Assembly (NCBI RefSeq): GCF_964355755.1 | Contig: NC_092677.1 | Location: forward strand, 8,268,101-8,332,100 | Origin: Antedon mediterranea | Taxonomy: Eukaryota; Animalia; Echinodermata | Direction of reading: 5' to 3' | DNA length: 64,000 bases | Shown here: one piece after another, positions 54,001 to 64,000 of the stretch | Numbering within the stretch: position 1 is the stretch's first letter | Layout: every line of letters starts with the position of its first letter | Notes under the pieces: generated by a model | The model's database searches: none | Seen by the model: only the letters and a program-made list of their open reading frames with translations | Told to the model about the DNA's origin: nothing | Translations under genes and position numbers: made by a program

Positions 54001-57000
54001 GCATTACAAATGCTTTTTTATATTTTTGCTTGTAAAATCAATCATGAATGCTTCGCAATTTTTGGATAGAATGCATGTTTTTTGTTTTTTTATAAGCAGT
54101 TTAACACGGTTTCCACCACCTCTTCTTTGTAAGATTTTGTTTTTTGTTGAAGAGTAACTTGTAAAATATTAGATCAAGGATATTTTATTGAGTTTTATAA
54201 TCATTTTATAAATTAAATAAAGGTAAGGTAATAATTCGAAAAGCAGAGCATTGAGAATCTGATTTATAAATATTTCTTTCTTGGACTTGTTGACACTGAT
54301 GATTCTGCATAGAGTACTGGGTAATATCTATCGTGAGCAATAATGAAGGCATCCAATATTTCTAAAACAAGATAAGTATTTCAAATACTCTTTCATAGAC
54401 TAAATATATTTCTTTGGTTTTATAGAATACAGAGGCATTAACAAAAGCTATTGTACAAGTGATGAAGAAAACTTCCATAAACAAGTTGGTGCTTGTAGAC
54501 TGTAATCTGAAACAGTGAGTTTTGTGGATTGGTATAATCCCAGCATGACAGAGACACGATAATATTAAGGGGACCCAGAAAAGTTCCCCCTTAATATAAT
54601 CGTGTCTCTCTAACAGGGATGTCCTCTTACTAGTGTTTTTTACTATTGTTAAAACATATTTATCATTATCCTATATCATATTTGCCATATAGAAAACAAA
54701 TATACATACAGAACAAATGTAAGTCAATGAAGCAAGATTACCAAAATAACAGTCAAGAGGCTCTCCACAAAGAAACAAACAAATTAAATATATCTTCTCT
54801 TACGTTTCACAGGAAAGTGTACCTTTAATAGGAAGGTCCTCTGAATAAGGGGGTCCCAAAGAATGAGTTCTATCAGACTTTGTTTGTTAAAACATGCCAC
54901 TTTGAGACCCAGCAAATAAATATGATGTCTCTCTAAAAGGGATGTCCGGTTAATAGAGGTTTTTCCTAGTTTGAAAATATATTTCTTCTCTTTCGTTTTA
55001 CAGTAAAGTCTTCCTTTTTGGGAAGGTCCCAAAGTATGAGTTCTATCAAATTTTTTTTTTAACTTTTTCCACTCACTTTGATTTTCACACAGAAAATAGA
55101 GAGAAAAATTGTAGTATATTAATATGTAAAAAAATTTTTAATTTTTTAATTATAAATATTTGCTTTACTTATTTTATTTTGTAGGGAATTTGCACATGGA
55201 CTTAATACAGCTTTGCTAACCAACACCAAATGCTGTTTGACACATCTAAACCTGTCCAATAATTCCATTGAAGATCGCGGTGTACAAGCGTTGAGTGACC
55301 GCCTTGCTAAGTTACCGGATGGACTGACAGTCCTTAAACTTGCGAAAACAAACATCACTAGCAAAGGTTTTCTTTCAATATTTGCATGCATTTAGTTACC
55401 ATAACTATGTTATGTTAATAATAAATTCATTTTTCAAATACTGTATTGCTATACTTGAAATTGCATATTGCAAGCAATTGGCTGAGTGGTTAAGACAGTG
55501 GAACCATGAAAATGTGTAACATCCACAGCGCTCTGGTCTTCATGAAATAGAGCTATATGTCGCATTACATGACATTACAACAATTAGTGCTGCAAGCAGA
55601 TCTATGGACATCTCTTTTCAAGATTGCTGGGGAGGCGGTTGTAATTTGTGCCAAATATTGCTATAACTATACTAACATACTGAACCCCCTGAGAGAACAG
55701 TCTTATACTGACACATAGTATAATGAAGAAGGAAAGAATGTGATAGCAAAGGAATAAAAAAAAAACAATGTTTAATCATACATCATACAGATTTTTAAGG
55801 TTTAAGTCTACCTGATATAAACCTAATCAACATTGAACGAATACCTATTTTCATCTTTGTAAATTGTAATTTGTATTTTTTTTCCTATTTAGGTGTTTCG
55901 TTCATGTTTAAGTCATTCAACGAAAATGACCGAATGTCAAATTTGCTAAAAGTACTTGATCTTTCGTATGCCTCATTCAAGGACGGCGATTTATCAGTAA
56001 GCAAAAAATATAAATGTTTTTTAATGTGCTGCCTGCAACATTTTGTAAAATAACTACCAATAAAATAATGGTCGGTTTAGACTAGAAATATTTAATCGAA
56101 GATCCCTGGCCCCTCAACTTGTTTTTAATGTCAAATTTCTTTCCTGACCTTGTTGCTTTAGAGACTAACACTACTTGTTATCAAAACAAGAGAAATGCTT
56201 TGTAAAAACTATTCCTTTTGTTTCGTTATACACAATACAAATCTATACAATGCTTTTTGACTATTTAGAATTTAGGGGAATTCCTAAAATGTCTGGTTTT
56301 CCAGAAAGTCTGGAATTCAGATTGAATATATTAAAAATATTGAAAATAAGATATTGTCAGAAAGCTAATGTTACAATGTCTCAGTAAGGTTTGTGTTATA
56401 AAAATTGTCAATTGTCACTAACTCATGTATGTTAATATTAGACTAGTCGATTTGTTAGTCTCAAACAGCATAAATTCCTAATTGCTTTAGAGATTTTTTC
56501 CTACAATTGTACATTATGATAAAAGTACATTTGTGGTTGTTAGTCCCCCCCCCCCCCTCCCACCAAAAAAAAATTTATGTGTGAATTCTTCAAATTTAAT
56601 GATATAAAGTACAGTTTTACCTAAAAGTTGGGTAAAGCATGTAGCTCACTGACACAAAGATACTTCGCAGTAGTTAACCAGCTACCATCAATAGTACACT
56701 TGATTCTGGAAGAGTGTCCAGTTTTGAGAATGTTGTCTACATTTTTAATATAATTTAATTTTTAAGGATTTTGGAGGTAATTTTGTCTGTTATTTTGATT
56801 ATAACAATTTTCATTTTTTAGGATTTTAAGCACTTTCTTGCCACGCCCAATGTCTTGACCCACTTGGACATATCCTTTACTGGTCTACCTCTCGATGAGT
56901 TGTTTAATGCACTGTACAGAGGATGCCTGTTAAAAATGTCTCATCTGAACCTAGCTGGCAACACATTCACAACAAAGTAAGACAGTGTTCCAATTTATTT

Positions 57001-60000
57001 TATTCAGCAGTATTTTTAGTGATATTGCTTCATTTTGTAATCTTTTGAAGAAACAGATGCTTGATTTAACATCAGACTAAATCCCTTGGATGATTTGGTG
57101 GACATGTCATGACAAGATGTATCATCCAAACTAACGTATGTAATTGATCAACTCGCTTGAGTTTTGCCTATGTTGCAATAATAGTAGTTCATTCTGATAT
57201 AGCGCATATAAGCAAGTTCTCAATGCACTGGACATTATTACCCCAGTCATTATTTTTATAAAAAAAACGTATGGAAACATGCTTTCATAATGCAGCTAGT
57301 ATTCAGTGCAAAGTTTTGTCTTGAGAGAAGCAAATGTATAGTAAAGTGTCTTACCTAAGGATACAACAATGTCCAATAGATCAACAAAATATGTACAATA
57401 CATATAATATTCAGGGTTATAATAGTTCGCAATCAGTATAAGCTTGCTAAATTTGTGGTTTCACTATATTGATATTCATTTACATTTCTTTTTTTCAATA
57501 TAGAAAAGTGAAGCCTATCCCTATTCCACCTTCAATTAAGCAGTTCTTCTCATCAGCGATGGAACTGAAGGTCATTGGACTATCTGGAAATAAGATTCCA
57601 CCTGATGTTGTCAAGTAAGAAACACTTCTTCATTTTTTGTTGTATTTTGAATTATATTTTCCGATAATGGTAATAGACTGTTCTCTCCGAGAGGCCATGA
57701 TGAGCAAGTTCATTATTGTGCACAGGGACCAACATTACACCCCATCTGAAGGACAAGATAAATAGAAGAAAAGACCTTGCAATATGGCACAGCCAGGTCT
57801 CGAACCTATGTCTCTCTCTCAATTGCTAGTCTGATATATTCTTACTCTCTCACTTTGTAGCTCTGCTAGTTTAAAGCTACACTCCTAGAATAGTGCAGGC
57901 TTTCTCCTGAACACAATTTACATTCCAATTTCTTTTCTTATTTTCAGAGAGATAATGTTAGCCATTGGTATGAACAAATCTATTGTAGATGTTGATCTAG
58001 ATCTAAGCTCCAATGAAGTAAGTATAAATAGCCTTTATAATATTACTGGTACGTAGCAGGTACTTGGAGGTTCTCCAATTATACACTCTACTTGAAGTCT
58101 AGTAAAGTGTCCTTGAAAATAAAAATTATAACGTTTAACTTATTTCTTTACATTTCTTGTGGTTTCCTTCTACAGTGCTATTATTAATAGCCAATATAAA
58201 AATGATTTATATTAATATGAAAAATATGTTTGTAATTGCGATATTTATGTTTATAATAGTCTACTTGTGAATAATTAATTTGTGTTGTTTATCAGTTAAA
58301 AGCAGCTGGATGCCTTATGGTAGAGAGTGCCATAGGTAACGTCACCAACATACGCTCTCTGAACATCAGTGACAATGACCTGAATGATGGCTTGGTCAGT
58401 TTCCTTGACTGGGTTGGCACAAATAAAACACTGAAGGTTCTGGACATATCAAAGAACCTTAATAAAACCAAGTGAGTGTAATTCAAGTTCAAGTTAAAAA
58501 AACATTTATTTATTTAATAATGGTATATTATTGTACAGTATAACATAGGTGTGTATTTAAATGAACATGGTAATAAACCATCATTTGGGGTCTTTTCTAG
58601 AAGAAATGAAGTTTCTTGTCTCAAGAAAGACCCCAGATACAATTGTAACTATAAAAAAAATGATAAATAGATAAATGATACATAAATTGACATACACATG
58701 ATAGTATTGGATGTTCTACTAAGTTATTTGTGTTTTTGAAAGAGCATAAAAGGTAAGGTCAATCGATGTGTCGTCATTTGAACCTAAGAACCATCAAAAC
58801 TGTATCGAAATAAGGAGTGAGGAAACAAGTCCCAATATATAATAATATGGTACCCTTCCAAAAAAGACCAACACACATGTGCCTGCATGCGCACAATAAA
58901 TTACTATGACATAGATCGGTCGTCGAAAATTGCAAGCTTCCTATTAGCACTGTTTGTTGTACAGTAAAACAATAAATGTGGTTAGATAGCGCACATCCGT
59001 AAGTCCAGTGGTTTCTTCAGACAATTTTAAGATTTTAGATTACTTCTTACTAATCCTACTGTAAAGTGAATTTTGATTAATACATTTTTAAATCTTAATC
59101 TAAAAAATGCCATGTGTACAAATATTGGACTATTAATTAGTAACCTTAAAAATCTTCCAAAGTTATTATGGACTAATGTTTTTTTTTGTTTCAGATCGGT
59201 TGAGAAAACCATGGAAGCCCTTGTTAAATTAATTCAAGAAGAAGATTTGGTGAGTTTAACCGAGATAGGTAATATGTTAGTTTAGTTAATAAGTTATTTT
59301 TGAAACATATGATGGTAAATCTGATGGACTGCGGTGTGTACTTAATCTCAAAGATAAAACCAAATCTATTGAATTTTACCATGCTACCATAAATCTACAT
59401 GCTATGACAGAATGTCTATTAGGGAGAAAAACTGTTCCTTTTTATAGGGGTGTCCTCTGAATAGTGGTGTCTCAAAGAAGGCTTCTACTCAGATTTTGTT
59501 ATTTCATTTTCTTTGTAGTCTTTGGAGAACTTGTCAATAGCTGATTGCCATCTCAACTATGAAACTATTGTTGTCATTAATGCTCTCGGCAGTAATACAT
59601 CTCTTACCAGTATCGACTTAAGGTATGTAAGAACTTCACATGTATTGGTCTTCAACTTGAAAGAGTTACAAATCCAACATTTGCTTCTCACTAAAATTGA
59701 AATGATGGGTTATCTCTTTTATTTATTTATTTATTCGGTATAAATACAAAAATGAAGAACAAAAACAGAAGTTGAAATTCTTATGAGTTTACATTCAAAA
59801 TATAATTTTAAAAACAACTAAACATCAAACGTTAAGCCTATACGAAAAACTAAATAGAACCATCATCTTATATAAAAACTGTTAAAAATCAAACATTATT
59901 GTAAAATCTTAAAATTCAAAATTTTCATTATTTAAATATATAATAAATTCATACAGGGTTAAAATAAGAATAACTCTTGTATGTTAACAAAAGCGAAAAC

Positions 60001-62849
60001 TCATGAGGTAGATTTTGCTAAGCACACTTGACGTCACAGCAATTTATGGCAACGGCTGTACAGCGAGCGTGCGAGGTGATATTTTCAATCTGAAATCATA
60101 TCTACATCCCTAATACGTTTTCAAAATATCGTTTTCTGTAAAGTTGTCCTATAAATTAAGATAAAAGCATATATAATTGATAATAATGTTTTTTACTGTG
60201 CAGTGGTAACAATATGCGAGACCTTGGTGCTAAGATGTTAGCCAAAGCGTTAATGATCAACTCCAAACTTACATTTGTGAATTGTGATCGCAACAACATT
60301 ACTTCTGATGGTTACAGGGAGTTAGCTAATGCTCTGGAAAGGTAAGATTGGATGTTTCTATTACACCTTGATTGCAATGAACTGAACTAAAAAATAGTTG
60401 AATCTGAAAACTGGCTACAATTTCCTCAGGGTTGAATTAACCAAGCCCAATGGTTGATTTTATCAACCACTGCCTTCTCAGTGCAACTTAACTGCAGTCT
60501 TTGTAAAACAGATCATGCTATTTAATGTCCAATGCGGCTGTTAAGCTTTGTACACCACGGTTGTTTGCATAATCTATGTGTAAACAATGGTCAAAAGTAC
60601 CCATGGTCCAGTGCAAACAAAGTTTCAATCATACCTTAATGCATCCTTTACAAGCAATTATTATTGGCCAATAGTCACATAAAAGCTTATAGTACAAACT
60701 TTAATTTTTCAGAAACTACACGTTAAAGAATTTTCCAATGCCTGTACATGATGTTCACAACGCACGTCAAGACATGAGCAAGTTTGAAAGCCCATTGAAC
60801 CGTATCCAACAGCTCTTGCAGCGTAATCACAGTTCTCGCAAGTATATGGAAGATCAAGCGTTCCTTTTACAGCAAGGCTTCCTGTATACAACTGCTCACC
60901 AAGTAAGAAGTCACACATTTTATGTTATTACTTTCATATTAGCATTTACATAATACAGCATAAACCCCTTTAACACACTTTCCTGTCAAACAAATGAGGC
61001 AATCTATATATTATTGCTACTAAAATTGGTCGCATAAACTGCTGAATGTTACTTGACGTCATGTTCCACGAGTTGTTACGTCACGTATCAACTATGCAAC
61101 TTCCTCTGTTACCATGCCCCAATTAAAAAAATGTTTAGTCTTGGCAGGTGACCATTGTTGGTGTTTAAGTTAATTACACGTATCCCTGGAACATAATGTA
61201 TTTCATAATTCACGGTTAGCCCAGTGAGTAAAATGTGTGGCCATTAATATCGATGCTCAGTATAGTCGAGTTTGAATCCACAAAGACCGTTCAGAGCACG
61301 GGTAACTACTTGTATATGTTTAAAGTTCATTCAATGCTTTGTGCCTTAAATGTTTTCATCTTTCTTTTCTTCTCCACATTGTGCAGTCCTTCGTGCATTC
61401 CTATTCCTCACTGGTACATTTAAGACAATTTCTCTCACAAATCATTTTTATTACGAAATAAAGAAAACATAAAGTTATAAAGAAGAAGTATTCACAAATT
61501 TAATTAAATCGTTCATAAGCCATAAGACAATGAAAAACTGTCTTATCTTTAAAACAAACTGAAGAAATTGAAAATATATACACAAAAATTGAAATACAAT
61601 TCATTTTTCCACTAACAACATTTTACCGATCTTTCGTTTTTATTACACACTACATGACTAAACAGCAATCAACTTGGAAATTGCAGCCACGAGTTGGCCA
61701 CATAGACGACTTGTAACAGCAAGTGGTAAATACTAAGCAGAAAACAAAAATAGAATATGTTCTTTCTTATGACCAAAACACTGAGCGGATGGGCCATTGA
61801 GCGAAAACACACTCAGAATAGATACATATTCTATGTGGGACACGCACTCGGTTTTCTCTTACCGTTATCGCTCCTCTGTGTAAATTGACGTTAATTACAA
61901 TGTATTCATAAAGTACATAAATGATCTATAATTTATTGGTTTAATATTGTTTCTAGATGGTTGACAAAATGGTGGTTCAGATTCAAGATAAAGCTGCTGA
62001 ACTTGACAGCCAAGTTGACTCTGATGCTGTCAATGTTATTGTGGATGAAGGTAAAGAGTACATTAAAGATGCTGACAACTCAAAACAGGTAATCCTTACA
62101 TTTTCTACTGCAGTACTGACATTTTGTTTATACATAATGCATCATAAGTTTTGATTGATGGAAGTTTATACATAGTGTGTATGATTACTCAAAAATAAAA
62201 TAAATAAATAATTGCATAAGCAGGTTAAAGAGTAAACAAATCAAGTTCAAGTTCAACGTAAACATTTATTTTTTTTCTTTCATCTTTCATAAACAATTAC
62301 AAAATTTAAATTAATAAGGTACTACCTAAACAAGGTAGGTAGTATTGAAATTGAAATATATATATATATATTAAAAAAAACATATTTACTACTTCCTAAG
62401 ATACTATAAAAGATGAAAATCTAGTGGAAACAGTAATGTGCATTTTAATCTAATTGAATGCTGATACAAGTGTCCATCTATAGCTATAGGTCCCATGATA
62501 ATAACGCTTTTTTGTATTACATATTTTGTTTCGTGTCAACATTATTATGAATTACTCTGCTTGTAGCAAAATTATGGCATCCAATTACGGTATACAGAAA
62601 ATGCAGTTATTTTTTTTTCAATATTCATTACTGAAAATGTACAATACATCACTATAAAAAATTAGTTTTATGTCATTGAAAAGTGGTCTTTTATTTTTAA
62701 ATTACAATGAGTTTTAAAATGTTATTTTTTTAATGCAGTTGCTTGCACGAATGCAAGATGTCGCTTTGTTATCAAGTTTAGAAGTTGTTGAAGAAAAGTT
62801 ACAATCAATGGCCTCTGATGTACAAGAAACAGTACAAAGTAGACTCAAG
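36067..62849 (+). CDS. CARMIL: CARMIL (capping protein, Arp2/3, myosin-I linker; LRRC16 family), PH + LRR + start of helical domain; 3' part lies beyond the window
   Basis: Exons 36067-36091, 36973-37070, 42528-42581, 44098-44160, 46005-46129, 46723-46900, 47450-47523, 47948-48029, 54426-54514, 55185-55366, 55893-55996, 56822-56976, 57504-57614, 57948-58017, 58296-58471, 59195-59249, 59519-59622, 60204-60341, 60713-60902, 61957-62088, 62739-62849. Diagnostic GPCDGFSRMYACMCDY...EVAW|DIDTIYLSQ, INALGSNTSLTSIDL, GAKMLAKALMIN, LLQRNHSSRKYMEDQAFLLQQG. The first exon is the least certain. Confidence 0.93.
37315..37516 (+). mobile_element. 3' part of a SINE with L2-like tail
   Basis: ACTCCACCCAGGTGTATAAATGGG core, then AGCGCTTAGAG...GCTATATAAAT and an (ATT)n tail; similar tails on the minus strand at about 13200-13260 and 57195-57370. 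Confidence 0.6.
38384..38534. mobile_element. PIF/Harbinger-like MITE, near-palindromic
   Basis: AGCTCTGTCTACATGATCAAACTAGTTTGAC ... GTCAAACTAGTTTGATGAATAGACAGAGCT; internal CACTACCATATTTG repeats shared with 25888-26035. Confidence 0.8.
40215..40404 (-). mobile_element. tRNA-derived SINE, same family as 10385-10563
   Basis: Shares GTCTCATTT(T)GAGG, GTTGAAAGAGTAG, GACCTTGGGATTGGAAG and CATTAACCACCAAGCT with the copy in INTS8. Confidence 0.75.
47263..47413. mobile_element. Harbinger-like MITE
   Basis: TAAAGCTTGG...CCAAGCTTTA termini; internal inverted TTGACCAATCACA / TGTGATTGGTCAA. Confidence 0.65.
50307..50960. mobile_element. 654-bp non-autonomous DNA transposon with 7-bp TSD
   Basis: TIRs CAGCCCATGAATTTCA / TGAATTTCGTGGGCTG (14/16 match); TSD AACGACC at 50300-50306 and 50961-50967; subterminal TGCCGAC repeats at both ends. 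Confidence 0.9.
52870..53150 (-). mobile_element. Decayed LINE (CR1/L2-like) ORF2 fragment
   Basis: Minus-strand translation contains KMRKLFNRPWISDELKRRRK, resembling the PWIT linker between endonuclease and RT. Confidence 0.45.
57690..57830 (-). mobile_element. SINE with conserved-core (Deu-domain-like) segment
   Basis: Minus strand has a GGTTCGAGACC B-box and GTCCTTCAGATGGGGTGTAATGTTGGTCCCTGT core; weaker relatives at about 34150-34215 and 45090-45200. Confidence 0.5.
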
Positions 62850-62939
62850 GTAGGCTAACTGATTTTTTTTTCTTATTTCTTTATTCATTTAAACACCAAT
62901 AATTTACAACCACAGAATACTTTTTAGGCCACCTGGTGA

Positions 62940-63065
62940 TATACTGATTAATGTAAGATCAAAGGAGAATTGAAGCTTTTTGAGATGCTGGAGAAAGCTT
63001 CTAGGTATACCATGGACAACCAGAAGAACCAACCAAAGTGTTAGGCATGAAATAGGCAAAAAAGA
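62940..63065 (+). mobile_element. RTE-clade LINE fragment
   Basis: Translates to CWRKLLGIPWTTRRTNQSVRHEIG, typical of the post-RT region of RTE/BovB elements. Confidence 0.75.
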
Positions 63066-63568
63066 CGGTACTTACTCTCATCGGTTATCAAACAAAACTG
63101 CAATACATTCATTCATTCATCTTTTATTTTGGAAAAAAAAATTAATTCTCGATAACTCAAGAACAAAGGAAACAAAAATATATAAATATAAATATATTTA
63201 AAAAAAACCTACGCCACATAGTCAGGTGGTTACAACAATAGCTTCATCCATCTACCATGTAGATTGGATGAAGGAAGAGCAAATTCATGAATACATTTTG
63301 TGACAATATTGTCTGACCTCTCCAACCAGACGGGATAGGAATAGTCTTGGAGAAAATTATTATGTTTGGAAAGTTGAGTGGAGAAGAAAGAGAGGAAGAC
63401 AAAAAGTCAGATGAATAGAGAGAATATATGATACAGCAAAACTCCCAATTAGCAGTTAATACAATAAAGCACAAGATCGGCATAATATGGAGAGATTTCA
63501 TCAGAATGGTCACAAGTACTCGGATATGAGTAGAACGACGATAGAGAGAGAGCGATATACTGAGTATA

Positions 63569-63860
63569 ATACCCCTTTCACACCAAAACTCTGCAGTGAT
63601 CTCCGGAGACAGCCTAGGAGTGATCATTCAAAACTTCGAGAAACTCTGGGGATAAGGCTGACACCCACCTTGCAAAACCAGGTTTTAACTATTTAATCAT
63701 AAATACCGCCCTCTGTTTTGTTTGTTTACATAGCGACGATTAATAAATAAATTTTCAGAAGTCTCAGAAGTCATATAATGTTTTATTTATACTATTACTA
63801 CAGTTTTATTTTACCTTTCACAGTGTTCCCAGAGTTTTACTTTTGGTGTGAAAGGGGTGT
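63569..63860. mobile_element. About 290-bp MITE (Harbinger-like)
   Basis: ACCCCTTTCACACCAAAA ... TTTTGGTGTGAAAGGGGT inverted ends in AT-rich flanks. Confidence 0.7.
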
Positions 63861-64000
63861 TAATTAATTAATTAATTTGAAACTATAAATGTGAAGATAT
63901 CTATAAAAATGAGAAAAAGTTGCTCCAACCAAGATTAAAACTCGGAACCTTTTGCTTGATATGCAGATGTCCTAAATTAAACAATTTATTCACTAAATCT

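Noticed and set aside
63244-63627. 127-aa minus-strand ORF
   Set aside because: Starts inside a MITE and continues through what looks like decayed retroelement sequence; not a credible gene.

Overview
AT-rich, intron-rich animal (invertebrate) genomic DNA; the repeat landscape suggests an invertebrate deuterostome such as an echinoderm, but that is inference. I assembled six protein-coding genes by hand from splice signals and reading frame: TRAPPC2L (-, 4 exons, complete); INTS8 (+, 21 exons, complete, one U12-type intron); a 13-exon secreted serine protease (+, complete); SOCS6 (+, intronless CDS); COQ9 (-, last exon unresolved); and CARMIL/LRRC16 (+, 21 exons, runs off the right edge). TRAPPC2L/INTS8 and COQ9/CARMIL are head-to-head pairs. 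Introns and spacers carry MITEs, tRNA-derived SINEs and LINE scraps. The most notable item is the protease: signal peptide - Ig - intact trypsin domain - odd Cys plus coiled coil - Ser/Thr/Pro linker - ABI3BP(TARSH)/FNDC1-type C-terminal domain, an architecture I do not recognise from any characterised protein. Most short ORFs in the supplied track are exon read-throughs or noise. All homology calls are from remembered motifs; no searches were run.
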